Positions 39,126 through 49,317 of a stretch of 64,000 bases of DNA are shown here, piece by piece. Under the pieces are notes generated by a model, which worked only from the letters and a program-made list of their open reading frames with translations, did not search any database and was not told the origin of the DNA. How positions within the stretch are numbered: the stretch's first letter is position 1; every line of letters begins with the position of its first letter. The position numbers and the translations under genes are program-made. Source of the DNA: a virus; IMG/VR virus record IMGVR_UViG_3300036790_000386, positions 37,928 to 101,927 of that record. The stretch is one strand, 5' to 3'.

Positions 39126-39653
39126 TTATGTTATCTTTGAATGGATCAACCATTGTAAAATGTTGGTTGAATTAGGCTTAGCTTCTGCAAGTGATTTTAT
39201 TGTTTTTACTTTTACATCTAGTGATAGATGTTTGCAGATTTGAATTCCGATGGGATCGTAGTTTAGTTTGAAGGCACAACGAACTACGGGAAGATAAAGG
39301 TTAGTTAGTTTTAAAGTTCCATCTGGGTTATATTTAAGTTTGCATTCAATGACTAAAAGAGGTAGAGGCTTGTCTGTAGTGTAGTTGGGGACAAGGATGA
39401 AGTCAGGAGCGCAGATAAGGCCGGCGTTATAAGTGAACCAGGTTTGATACCAGATGTCATATCCGGGAAATGTTGTCAGTTCTTTGTTTAGTTTACGTTC
39501 GTAGTTGAGGCCCACGGCGCCTAAAGTTGAGGTGGCTTTACTTGAGGCGAAGCCGGGCGGTTTAATTTGGTGGGCATCTGTTATTAACATGCGGATCTTT
39601 TTCCACCGGGGCGCAGATTTTCGCTTCCTTCGTTTGGGCAAGATTAAATTCAT
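39126..39653 (-). CDS. PD-(D/E)XK nuclease
   Basis: G..YE, PDF and IECK motifs. Confidence 0.65.
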   Translation of the reverse strand: MNLILPKRRKRKSAPRWKKIRMLITDAHQIKPPGFASSKATSTLGAVGLNYERKLNKELTTFPGYDIWYQTWFTYNAGLICAPDFILVPNYTTDKPLPLLVIECKLKYNPDGTLKLTNLYLPVVRCAFKLNYDPIGIQICKHLSLDVKVKTIKSLAEAKPNSTNILQWLIHSKIT

Positions 39654-40333
39654 TTATTTTCTGGATCGTTAGATTTCTCAACCAAAGATTTAATTGGAGT
39701 TTGGTCATCTGTGAAATCAAGATCGATTGGAGGCTTGACGTGCTCAATAGTTTTTTCTTGAGGTTTTTTATTGGATTCAGCAAAGCGCGGTGCTCCGATA
39801 TTGAGAGTTATTTGAGTTGGATTGGTTGTAATTTGAACTGAAGCTTTTGGAGGAGAAACTGTTCTATCTCCTCCCATTTCAACGATTTTGCGAAGTTCTC
39901 CGACTGGCATTGCGGTGCGAAGTTCTTCGTCTTCTAGCCTGTGATTAAGTTCATCAAGAGCTGTTTCAGCCGCTGATTTAAGTTTTTCGTGAATTCGTTC
40001 ACCGTCTTCGATTTGGGCGGTAGTCATTTGATCGTTATAGTAGGAGAGAAGTTCTTGAAAAGCCGGATCTGCTTGGAGTTTAGAGATTCTGGAGGTGCTG
40101 GAAGAGCAGAGTTTAGCAACTTCCATTGCTTTATAGCCTTGAGCTAGTAGTTGGGCCATACGATGGTGAATGGCTCTGATTGATTGGAGTGGTTTGTGAG
40201 ATAGAAGAGAACCTGTACCTACTCTTAAGATGTCGTCTGGCGTTAGTTCGCGCACTAATTCAAAGCTGAGGCTTTTGAAAGCTCCGCGCTTAGGTAGGAG
40301 GCTGCTGAAATCGAAGCTTTCGTTGTCTGACAT
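39650..40333 (-). CDS. HTH protein, putative terminase small subunit
   Basis: HTH-like segment (AQLLAQG...EVAK...RISKL.ADPAF); upstream of terL. Confidence 0.45.
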   Translation of the reverse strand: MSDNESFDFSSLLPKRGAFKSLSFELVRELTPDDILRVGTGSLLSHKPLQSIRAIHHRMAQLLAQGYKAMEVAKLCSSSTSRISKLQADPAFQELLSYYNDQMTTAQIEDGERIHEKLKSAAETALDELNHRLEDEELRTAMPVGELRKIVEMGGDRTVSPPKASVQITTNPTQITLNIGAPRFAESNKKPQEKTIEHVKPPIDLDFTDDQTPIKSLVEKSNDPENK

Positions 40334-40342
40334 ATTTGGATT

Positions 40343-40516
40343 CTAGTTTTCTTTTGGTTTGAAAGAGCCTGTGAGCAAGAATTTTAGAAAGTCTTCTGGA
40401 GTATAGGCTGCGTTGGAAGCGATGCTGAGTTCGGCTGCTGTGACACGAAGCTGAAGGATGTTGGAGGCTTCAGTTTGAGTTAGAAAGATTAGTTCTGGGT
40501 TGGAGTCGTTTTCCAT
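40343..40516 (-). CDS. Hypothetical 57-aa protein (not in ORF track)
   Basis: MENDSNPELIFL...KPKEN with AAGGA RBS. Confidence 0.45.
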   Translation of the reverse strand: MENDSNPELIFLTQTEASNILQLRVTAAELSIASNAAYTPEDFLKFLLTGSFKPKEN

Positions 40517-40550
40517 TTTAGTTTCCTTCGGTTTTAGTGGGTTTTTGTCC

Positions 40551-40604
40551 GCTTTAGCATTCTGTTCGCTTTAGCGTTTTGGCGCGCTATGCTTTAGCGC
40601 GCTA
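40551..40604 (-). repeat. CTAAAGC short-repeat array (left)
   Basis: GCTTTAGC at 40551, 40568 and 40591, plus variants. Confidence 0.65.
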
Positions 40605-40789
40605 TTTTTTGGTATGTATTGAAAATCTTGATAATTTTATTTTTGAAAATTTTTGTATGTCCTTAAAAAGTATGGTTTAAGAAATAAGTCTGTGGGGGCC
40701 GCCCGAACAACTTTAAAAAGATTTTCGCTCTAAACCTTCTTAATGACCGCTCTCGCGGAGCGGTCACTATAAAAACCATCAACAAAAGA

Positions 40790-40818
40790 ATAGTATCAAG
40801 CCGCCGGCGGAGTGTCAA
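40790..40818 (-). promoter_or_regulatory. sigma70-like promoter
   Basis: TTGACA-N17-TACTAT. Confidence 0.65.
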
Positions 40819-40829
40819 GTGAAAATCAA

Positions 40830-41075
40830 CTACACAGCAGATTTTAATTTAACAATATAATTTTTCAAATCGCACGGCTTTATGCTGCACATGTTGATAA
40901 CCTGTTGAACCGCTTTAACATGAGACGTGTTCAATTTAATCTGTTGACCGTCGATGAAAAGCAACTCGCCATCAACACCACGCACTTTAACAGCTTGAAT
41001 ATCTAAACTTGTATGCCAAGCGATGACAACGCCATCTATTAGTAAATCAGACAAGTGAGACATGTTTTGTGACAT
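40830..41075 (-). CDS. Hypothetical protein
   Basis: AGGAG RBS. Confidence 0.5.
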   Translation of the reverse strand: MSQNMSHLSDLLIDGVVIAWHTSLDIQAVKVRGVDGELLFIDGQQIKLNTSHVKAVQQVINMCSIKPCDLKNYIVKLKSAV

Positions 41076-41085
41076 GATCTAGCTC

Positions 41086-41271
41086 CTATTGCTGATTAAA
41101 CTGGCAGGCGCAAACCATACGATACTTCAATAAAGCCGCGCGCTTGCTGTAAACAGAATTATCAGCCATCGGCTTGTATTCTCTGCTGACACTAAAAGAG
41201 AGCGTCAGCCTGCCAAGTTTAACAAATCTTAGGCCGCCAACTTTGCGCGTGGAAAAATTGAAAATGCCCAT
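41086..41271 (-). CDS. Hypothetical protein
   Basis: AAGGAG RBS before MGIFNF. Confidence 0.5.
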   Translation of the reverse strand: MGIFNFSTRKVGGLRFVKLGRLTLSFSVSREYKPMADNSVYSKRAALLKYRMVCACQFNQQ

Positions 41272-41519
41272 TTGACTTGGCTCCTTTTGATATAAGAACC
41301 TTAAATCAAACAATTTAACTAATCAAGCTTTAAACTAAAGAACCAATAAAATTTTTATTGTTTTTATTATCAGTTTTTTAATTTAAAATAGATGTAGGTT
41401 TTTAAATTAAAATAGACACAGGATTCTCAGACTGTTACAATTGAAAAAATCTAAGAAAAATAAACTACAAAACAACAATAAAGCGGCGCTCTCGCGCCGC
41501 CCTAATCCAGCATCAAACC

Positions 41520-41741
41520 TTACCAGTGAAACAAGCCGTCAAAGCCCAAATCAGGATATAGAGGCTCACAAGGCTCCTGCGGAGCCTTCTCATACATCCG
41601 AGGTTCCTGCGTAGCTTTCTCATACACAGACTCTCGCTTCAATTCTTCCTTGCGTGCCTTCTCACGAATGACAACACAACTCTCAATCAAATCTCTGTCT
41701 TTTTTCGACAATCCGTCAAAAATTTCGCGTAACGTTCCCAT
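41520..41741 (-). CDS. Hypothetical protein with short internal repeat
   Basis: YEKA.QEP occurs twice; RBS present. Confidence 0.5.
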   Translation of the reverse strand: MGTLREIFDGLSKKDRDLIESCVVIREKARKEELKRESVYEKATQEPRMYEKAPQEPCEPLYPDLGFDGLFHW

Positions 41742-41781
41742 AATTTCAGTCTCCTTTATGCAAAACTATGTTGCGAGACAA

Positions 41782-41847
41782 AAAATAAAAGAAAGAATAA
41801 GGCGCTCAAGGCGCTCAAGGCGCTCAAGGCGCTCCCGAAGGAGCGCC
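41782..41847 (-). terminator. Intrinsic terminator with 9-bp tandem expansion
   Basis: GGCGCTCC-TTCG-GGAGCGCC, then (TTGAGCGCC)x3, then a T-rich tail. Confidence 0.7.
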
Positions 41848-41864
41848 CTAAACCAAATCAACCC

Positions 41865-42470
41865 TTACAGGTCATCAAGCGCCAAGGCATCACTCTTTTC
41901 AACCTTAACCGCAGCCTTCGCCGCATACTCTGCCCGAACCTGAGCCTCCAGTTCCGCAAGGCGACCCGCATGCTTCGGCGACCCACCGATATGCGCCTTC
42001 ATAGCATTGCGCTTATCAAGGCTACCCTTACCCTTGGGCACCGGCTTGCCAATCGCAGCCGAAATCTCATCCAACAGCGCATCAAGCGCCTCATCACGAA
42101 TAGCCTCATCACTCGGACCACGCCCACGTGGCGCACCCAACACATAATTATCATAATACTCAGCAGCGCTCGCCTCATCCCAAGTCTTCTTATTGCGCTT
42201 AGCAAGCGAAATCATATTCGAAGTGCAACGCGAGCGAATGAAATTCGAATAATGGCCGGCTTCGTCGCCCGTCATAACATGCCCTTCGGCATACTTATCG
42301 GGAGCCACAACCGTCAAAACCTTATCAACGCCATCAACGTTAACGGTAAACTTAATCGTTGCAACGCCGCTCTCGTCGAAATCCTCTTCGCCAAAATTCT
42401 CACCCAAATCAGCCGCAGTCTCCTCAACAGCGACTTCAGTCTCAGTCTCATGTTCATGTTTGCGCGACAT
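41865..42470 (-). CDS. Hypothetical early protein with acidic N-terminus
   Basis: Own promoter, RBS and terminator. Confidence 0.7.
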   Translation of the reverse strand: MSRKHEHETETEVAVEETAADLGENFGEEDFDESGVATIKFTVNVDGVDKVLTVVAPDKYAEGHVMTGDEAGHYSNFIRSRCTSNMISLAKRNKKTWDEASAAEYYDNYVLGAPRGRGPSDEAIRDEALDALLDEISAAIGKPVPKGKGSLDKRNAMKAHIGGSPKHAGRLAELEAQVRAEYAAKAAVKVEKSDALALDDL

Positions 42471-42540
42471 ATTAGTTTCCTATAACAAAAATTGAAATTC
42501 CATTTAGCGAGCTAGCCTTAAGTCTCTCGCCATAAAAAGA

Positions 42541-42569
42541 AACCTAAGCTAAACAAGAAAGTATTGCAA
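42541..42569 (-). promoter_or_regulatory. sigma70-like promoter
   Basis: TTGCAA-N17-TAGGTT. Confidence 0.5.
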
Positions 42570-42580
42570 GCAAAAAAGAA

Positions 42581-42666
42581 CACTAAAGCGCGCTAAAGCG
42601 CTAAAGCACTAAAGCGAACACAAACAAAATTAAAGCACGCTAAAGCGTTAAAACAACACTAAAGCA
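42581..42666 (+). repeat. CTAAAGC short-repeat array (right)
   Basis: Six exact CTAAAGC copies plus variants. Confidence 0.75.
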
Positions 42667-42832
42667 GGCAGAGGCAATCCAGCAAGCCAGCACAAAGCAA
42701 AATTGCCCCTATATATAAGGACAAGCTAGGCCGGCCTAGAAACGCCTAGAAAACCCTTCCTTTCCAGCCTGCCCTAGACAAAAAGAAACCCAGCCTAAGC
42801 CGGGTCCTTTCCTTTCACGCTACAGCCTAGAA

Positions 42833-43066
42833 CTATGCGGCCTTAAGCCGCCTCTTCCCCGGCTTTCCTGGCTTCCTCTTCTCTGCCTCCTGGCGCTCTC
42901 TTTCTAGCATCGCATTGTGCCTCTTCGTTTCCTCGCTCTCTTCCCACTCTTCCACCCTTCCCACCAAACAATAAACAGGCAACAGCACACTAGCAACACT
43001 TCCACAATAAAACGATCTATAAACAACCTCATTTTCCAAAACAAACGCTGGCAATCTATAACCCAT
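42833..43066 (-). CDS. Hypothetical protein
   Basis: ORF followed by a terminator hairpin at about 42781-42808. Confidence 0.4.
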   Translation of the reverse strand: MGYRLPAFVLENEVVYRSFYCGSVASVLLPVYCLVGRVEEWEESEETKRHNAMLERERQEAEKRKPGKPGKRRLKAA

Positions 43067-43307
43067 AACCCTAATCCTTCATTTAAACTTCATTAAAACC
43101 AAAAGCACAATAAACCAATCTTTAACAAAACACAAGTTAAACCCAACTAAACTATAATGATAGAAAGACTAACCTTCAAGGTTAGAACAACACAACCCAA
43201 CAAATCATCCAAAATTTAAAACAAAACACCAGCACGAAAGCTGACCCATAAATTCAAAACCAAGCTAAACCTTTGAAATCATTACAGAAAACAGCCCTAA
43301 TCGCTCA

Positions 43308-43551
43308 ATATATAGGTTGATGTTTAGTACAATTGACACTAGGGCATAGGCATGTGTGAGCGAGATTTGAGACACTATAATCTATCTTTCTATATATATA
43401 TCTATATTATATCTTCTTTTTTTTTTTTAGATAGTTTTTTAAAAGCAACTCCCTCCTACCGTGCTAACTCTGCCTTAGTCTCACGTGTCTCATTATCTAG
43501 AATTCATGCATATGCCACCCTTTCAATTGTACTAAACATCGACCTATATAT
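43308..43551. repeat. Long inverted repeat around AT-rich core (candidate replication origin)
   Basis: 29-bp arms at 43308-43336 and 43523-43551 with one mismatch, plus nested shorter arms. Confidence 0.8.
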
Positions 43552-43714
43552 CTACCTCAAAACCCTCTTTTCCCTAACCTTTTCAAAGGCTTACGGGTCA
43601 AAAAAATAAATGACCCAGCTTTGGCACTTGTGCGCTTGCTAAGCCTTCGCGCTTGTGCTAATTTCTCCTTTAAATACATACACTTAGAAAAATTTCTCTT
43701 ACTCTTTAAACCAC

Positions 43715-43743
43715 TTGCAACAAATCTAAATGAAGCCTATAAT
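43715..43743 (+). promoter_or_regulatory. sigma70-like early promoter
   Basis: TTGCAA-N17-TATAAT. Confidence 0.75.
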
Positions 43744-43795
43744 TTCAAGGCTTAGTTAACTCTAACGTGCCAGATGGCACAACAAGGTTTAAGCC

Positions 43796-45148
43796 ATGAG
43801 CGACACAACAGATTTAAGCCAAGAACAAAACCTAATTAAAGAACTAGCCAGACTAGAGCACGCCATTGGCGTGCCATCTTGGCAAGGTCTTTTAGCAAAC
43901 ATTACCGCTAACAATAGATTTAGCGTTCAAGCTTGGCTGACAACTAAAAAATTAAGCTATTCTGGCGTTTTTAAAGCACGCGATGCTTCATTGTTGCGAG
44001 CATACAATAACTACAATTATTTCAACGTTTGGCTTTCAAACGAACAAAATAGAACTCCAAAAACAACTAGCTCTCATTCAAATCAAACTCTAGATTTCTT
44101 TGACTTAGAATTTGACACAACAGCAGCTAGCAAAAAATCAACCTCTAATTCAAATGCCCTAGACGTTGAACAAATTGAAACAATCGCGCGCGAAGCAGCT
44201 AAGCATACAATCAAATTAGACGTCCCCGCGCTTGTTGCTGCTGAACTAGAGAATAAAAATGTTACAATAAGCGCCAACGTTAAAGCCCAAATCAAGGCTC
44301 TAGCGATAGCTGCTGCTATTGAACAAATCGAAGCTAACAAACAACCATCAACAATCGAAATTTATAACCCAGAAACGGAAACAAGAAAAAATATCGGCGT
44401 TCAACACTTCAAATTCCCTACTCTATTGCGTGCTTGCTGTGCTCGGCTTCCTAACGGTTTCCGGCCCAATGTTTGGCTGACCGGCCCAGCCGGTTCTGGA
44501 AAAACAACGGCTGCTGAAAAGGTTGCAGAAGCCTTAAATATGCCATTTGCAAGCAACGGCTCCTTAGACGCAGACTACAAGGTAGTCGGCTTTAAGGACG
44601 CAAACGGCAATTTTCAATCAACAGAATTTTTGTCAATTTTTGAAAACGGCGGAATTTATTGCGCCGACGAAATTGACAACTGGCATAGCGGAGCGCTTTT
44701 AGCCCTTAACGCTGGCCTAGCAAACGGCTTCATAGCCACGCCCCGAGGCATGATTAAACGCCACCCAGATTGCATTGTAATCGCATGTGCAAACACTTGG
44801 GGCTTAGGCGCTAACTCAGAATACGTAGGAAGAGTAAAGCTTGACGCAGCCTCTTTAGACCGCTTCTTTCCTAAAATCGATTGGCCGATTGACGAGCAAC
44901 TAGAACGCGCAATCGCCACCAAACTTAAATGGTGCAATCTTGTTCAAGCAACACGCTCTAAAGCAAAAAAACACGGCTTAAAAATTCTGATCACACCGCG
45001 CGCAACCTTTGCCGGGTGCGCTCTCTTAGAAGCCGGTTTCACGCTCTATGAAACAATCAATATGACACTGGCCGCAGGCCTATCCTCCCAGCAACTAACC
45101 TCTATCGGCCTGTCAGATGTAGCAGACTTAGAAGAATATCGGGATTAA
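43796..45148 (+). CDS. MoxR/CobS-like AAA+ ATPase
   Basis: GPAGSGKTT, ADEID, ANT.G.G and LDAASLDRF motifs. Confidence 0.85.
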   Translation: MSDTTDLSQEQNLIKELARLEHAIGVPSWQGLLANITANNRFSVQAWLTTKKLSYSGVFKARDASLLRAYNNYNYFNVWLSNEQNRTPKTTSSHSNQTLDFFDLEFDTTAASKKSTSNSNALDVEQIETIAREAAKHTIKLDVPALVAAELENKNVTISANVKAQIKALAIAAAIEQIEANKQPSTIEIYNPETETRKNIGVQHFKFPTLLRACCARLPNGFRPNVWLTGPAGSGKTTAAEKVAEALNMPFASNGSLDADYKVVGFKDANGNFQSTEFLSIFENGGIYCADEIDNWHSGALLALNAGLANGFIATPRGMIKRHPDCIVIACANTWGLGANSEYVGRVKLDAASLDRFFPKIDWPIDEQLERAIATKLKWCNLVQATRSKAKKHGLKILITPRATFAGCALLEAGFTLYETINMTLAAGLSSQQLTSIGLSDVADLEEYRD

Positions 45149-45152
45149 AGCC

Positions 45153-45968
45153 ATGTTGAAAAGATATGATAGCATTGCCGATTTAACTCAAGCTGCAATA
45201 AATTTCAATATCCGCAATAACTACGCATTCAAATCTAACTCAGATATGGGCTCATCTTGGTTCAATAACGAAACCATTGAACAGTGTTTAACCTACGCTG
45301 CTTTTGGTAACGACAATCTTGTTCCAGAAGCAGAACGCTACATCGAACAACTAAACACAGACATGGAAGTCAAGCGGCCGGAGTGGATACCTTCACCAGC
45401 CGGCGCTTTCCCTTCCGTGCCAGACTATTGCCGTGGCTTGCCTTGTTCAATGCGTCGGCAATCATTCGAACCAAACGACAACGCCAAAATAAACATAATT
45501 GTCACAACGACATGCAGCGGTGGCATTGACGCCAAAACACAAGCCAAACGCGGCGCGGCAATTCTAGCCCTAATCATAAAGCTAGCAGCTGCGCGCCCCA
45601 TTGCCCTTTACCATCTTGCTACAACGCACGGCGTAGACAATGGCGAAACTCTTCTCTTAACCGAACTAAACACCGCGCCACTAGACCTCGCCAGCGCCTG
45701 CTACGTGTTAACATCCGCTGGCTTTGACCGCTACATAACTCACCACGTCGCCTATCACTTAAACGGCTTCAATGGCTCTTGGCCTAAGAACTACGAGGGA
45801 AAAGAAGAGCAATTTTATCGTGAATTGATACCACGCCTCGGCTTCAATCCAGCCGACACAATTTTCGTCAAACCCACCTACTTAACTGATCCAATTGTCT
45901 CTAAGCCGCTTTTGTGGGTGACTGAACAAATAGAGCGTTTCAACAATCTAATTGAAGAGGAACAATAA
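45153..45968 (+). CDS. vWA-like partner of the AAA+ ATPase
   Basis: Adjacent to the ATPase; GAFPSVPDY..G.P.SM and degenerate MIDAS-like TTCSG. Confidence 0.55.
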   Translation: MLKRYDSIADLTQAAINFNIRNNYAFKSNSDMGSSWFNNETIEQCLTYAAFGNDNLVPEAERYIEQLNTDMEVKRPEWIPSPAGAFPSVPDYCRGLPCSMRRQSFEPNDNAKINIIVTTTCSGGIDAKTQAKRGAAILALIIKLAAARPIALYHLATTHGVDNGETLLLTELNTAPLDLASACYVLTSAGFDRYITHHVAYHLNGFNGSWPKNYEGKEEQFYRELIPRLGFNPADTIFVKPTYLTDPIVSKPLLWVTEQIERFNNLIEEEQ

Positions 45969-46278
45969 AATGACCTCAAACACGGACAAAAAATTAAAAA
46001 TGACCCCCGATATAAATACAGAGCTAGAAAGGCAAATTGCCGAAAAAATCCTAGCTAACGCTATCCAGGCCCGCAAGGTTCAAGCTTTTGATATGATATC
46101 CCTAATTTTGAGAGGCGACACCTATCTAGCAGCTGCTAGCTACAAAAACACAGCACAAACTATAGAAAGCATACATAACCACACAAATAGAGACATAAAG
46201 AAGTATAAAGACGAATTTTTAAAAAGATATCCAGACTAAAGACGGATTACATAAAACTGGCACTGGCGAAAACAATTC

Positions 46279-46365
46279 GGGGCTGGTGTCAATTTTATAC
46301 AATCTTCTTTTTGTGGTTGTGCGAGCGCGACTTGTCGCGCGAGGCCGCCGTAAGGCGGCGGGAAA
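46279..46365 (+). repeat. Dispersed double-hairpin element, copy 4 (opposite orientation)
   Basis: GGGGCTGGTG...TTTGTGGTTGTGCGA-GCGCGA(CTTG)TCGCGC-GAG-GCCGCC(GTAA)GGCGGC-GGGAAA. Confidence 0.85.
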
Positions 46366-46403
46366 TTAAACGAAAGTGAAATTATAGAACGGAGAAACCT
46401 AAA

Positions 46404-46925
46404 ATGACTAAAACCAAAAAAAGAGCTAAATTAAAAAATCATACAATAAATGGGACAAAGGATCTTTCTATGAAACCGTGTTCAGTTATTGGTAAAATTC
46501 TCACACCACTAGAACAGTCTACTAGACTGAAGCTAGAATCAATTCTTGAGGAACAGCGTCAAAAAGAAGCCGCACTCATAAAGCTTGAAATTGTTGTCAC
46601 TTTATCCCTCGACACAGGACAACTTATTTTCGACAATGGTAGACATTTAATTGAACACGAACCTGACGGTCCAACAGGCCAATATTTATTGGCTGCGTTA
46701 AGAAACCAGAAAAAACTATTCGATAAACAGCGCTCAGAGAGAATTTCAAAGCATACATCTATTTCAAAACATGACCCACAAATAGAAGTACAAACAAAAC
46801 TTGTTATTTCAAATTACGTCAATCTTGGGTCAGGCAAAGGTAAAGTAAGAATAGAAGAAAAGGTTTCTGGTTTAAAAAAACAGCCAATTGTAACGTTAGC
46901 TTTAAGTGACCTTTTAGAACTTTGA
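46404..46925 (+). CDS. Hypothetical protein
   Basis: GGAG RBS. Confidence 0.55.
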   Translation: MTKTKKRAKLKNHTINGTKDLSMKPCSVIGKILTPLEQSTRLKLESILEEQRQKEAALIKLEIVVTLSLDTGQLIFDNGRHLIEHEPDGPTGQYLLAALRNQKKLFDKQRSERISKHTSISKHDPQIEVQTKLVISNYVNLGSGKGKVRIEEKVSGLKKQPIVTLALSDLLEL

Positions 46926-47387
46926 TTAATAAATGTAGACATTGTGAGGCGCACCCTAACTTGCGCCTCCATATGTGTATGTTTGTTGATGCTTACCGCC
47001 AAGCTTCTTATTACCTCACACCAATTATAAGGAACAATCAAATGAAACAAGCAATAACAACAAGCCATCATACAACCTCCGACGGTAACACTAGAATAAC
47101 AGTTAAATGCTGGAGCGGTAAATTAACCGTTAACTATAATCAAGGTTTATGTTCTGAAATAAATCATTGGAATGCTGCGAAAGCTTTAATTCTAAAAATG
47201 GGCTGGGTTAGCGCTGATTTCTCTGGTAATTGGTTATGCGGTGAAACTCCAGAAGCAACTGGCTATGTTTATGTTTATGATGACGGAGACGATAAATATA
47301 CCAGATATGTTTATGATGATTCTGTATAAAAATTATTGATGCTCTAACTGCCAATATAATCTCAATCTATAACAGAAAGCCAATAAC

Positions 47388-47648
47388 ATGATCTATCCCA
47401 TTGTTAACCTTAACGGCACCAGCCGATCCGAACTCTTCGATCTCAATTACGAAGCTCTAAGAGTAATCGAAAAAGCTTTAAACACGCTTCAAAAAGCAGC
47501 ACCGCATTGGAGTGACTATCCCAACGGTGACTACCGTGGCGCAAGAGCCGAACATGATGAGCGATTCTTAAAGCTCTCCCACATGCAAAGCGATTTCACG
47601 GACCTCTGCATGAAACTTCACCCCAACAACAAATCTGACGGCGGTTAG
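47388..47648 (+). CDS. Hypothetical early protein (paralogue of 50053..50301)
   Basis: Shared P...N.T...EL, AAPH..DY and EH.ER..KL. Confidence 0.6.
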   Translation: MIYPIVNLNGTSRSELFDLNYEALRVIEKALNTLQKAAPHWSDYPNGDYRGARAEHDERFLKLSHMQSDFTDLCMKLHPNNKSDGG

Positions 47649-48783
47649 AGCTTAACGAGACCGGCCACATGGCGTAGCCATTTCTAGTCCGGTTTTATTA
47701 AACCCTATGCTTGCTGCTAACCTACAACAACCGGAGCCAATCATGACCGAAGAGTACAATTCAATTGCATTAACACCTGCTAAAACAGCTAAGCTTAAAA
47801 TCGGAGATAAAATTGTTTGCATTAAATCAGGTGACTTCAGATACTCTCTTGAAGTTGATAAAGTTTATGAAATCATTGGTTTTTATGAAACTAAAAATGG
47901 AAGACTAAAGTATCCTGCAATTAATATAAGTGGTACTTATCCGTGGAATTTTATTCTCAATGATATTGATTGTGGTTGCTTCTCAAATTTTGACTCCGAT
48001 GCTTGCCGGCAAGGGGATTAAATGACAAAAGAAGAAATTTTCAGAGCAATTCAAAATGAACAACGAATAGGTTTAATTATTATTGCAGATTTAATTAATT
48101 ATAACTCTGATGCAAAAACAGTTAATCAATTGTTGCGTTTCTACAAAGAAGTTAAAGAAGCAATGGAACAAGTAGAGCGTAATCTTGAATATTTTTTAAA
48201 AATGCTTGAAGATAAAAAGGAACAAATAAATGAAACAAACATTTTATAAAAACATTGCAACTGCTGTTTCAAATTTAGGAAAAGCAAATAAAAGTGTAAT
48301 CGCAATTCAAACTGATCCAATCTTTTTTTCTTACGAGCGAACCAAACAATATAAAACAACAACAGACAATTTAAGAGCATACCCAATACTAAGACTTTTA
48401 GCCTTGATTGCTTTTATCTTTGTGCTTCTATGTTTTTCACTTTCTAGTGCGTTGCTTGTGACTGTTTTGATTTTGCGCCAATTCTAAACAAAAAGGAAAT
48501 AAACAATGGCTGACGATAACATAAATATTATCTATATTGATACAGGTGAACGTCGAGATAAAACCTACCTCACTGATGGTGTTTATGTAGATCATGATGA
48601 CATGCAAATGTGGCTTTCAGCGGAACGCGACGGTAAACTGCATGAAATTGCAGTAGATCATAATGTTCTTAATGCATTGTTGAATTACGCAAGACGTTTA
48701 GGTTATTTCGGCACTTAAAGTTTAATGAAACTAAAGCTTTTATTCGCTTTAGTTTCGGTCAACTACAGACAAGGATTTAGGAT

Positions 48784-49134
48784 ATGAAAGCCTTAATTCT
48801 AATTTGCGGTTTAACGGCTATATCTATTCAACCAACACTAGCAACAACAACACAGTACAATCCAAACAACACAAGTGACTGGTGGGTTGAGTCGGATGTT
48901 GCTTTTGAATGTGTTCATCCTGCTTTAAGCCCAAATGATCTTTTAAAGTTTGAACAAACTCACGGCATGCATATACTAGCTGCCGGTGGTGGCAATGTTT
49001 TAAACGTTATTTATTGGTCACCGGGCGCAAATTCTGATCAAGATAATACTATGTATTTTCATAATCAGTCTGATTGTTTATATTACTATAATATACCTCA
49101 AACTCAACTGCCAGTGCAGCCATTAAATCAATAA
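48784..49134 (+). CDS. Putative exported protein
   Basis: Signal-peptide-like N-terminus. Confidence 0.5.
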   Translation: MKALILICGLTAISIQPTLATTTQYNPNNTSDWWVESDVAFECVHPALSPNDLLKFEQTHGMHILAAGGGNVLNVIYWSPGANSDQDNTMYFHNQSDCLYYYNIPQTQLPVQPLNQ

Positions 49135-49228
49135 TGCTTGCCGATAAGTGTATAAGTTATATTTTATTGTTTATTCAGATAACTAGCTCATTTTTATATC
49201 TGATATGCTAAATTTGATTAACTTATAA

Positions 49229-49317
49229 TTTCACGGCCGCCTTCGGCGTCCCTCGCGCTCTTTCAGAGCGCTCGCACAAACACAAAAAGAAGATAGAATT
49301 TTATCACACCAGGCCCC
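49229..49317 (-). repeat. Dispersed double-hairpin element, copy 5
   Basis: Same flanks; hairpin GCGCTCT-GAA-AGAGCGC. Confidence 0.85.

Noticed and set aside
41650-42485. Plus-strand ORFs including an RRS repeat
   Set aside because: They are antisense shadows of 41865..42470 and of the tandem repeat
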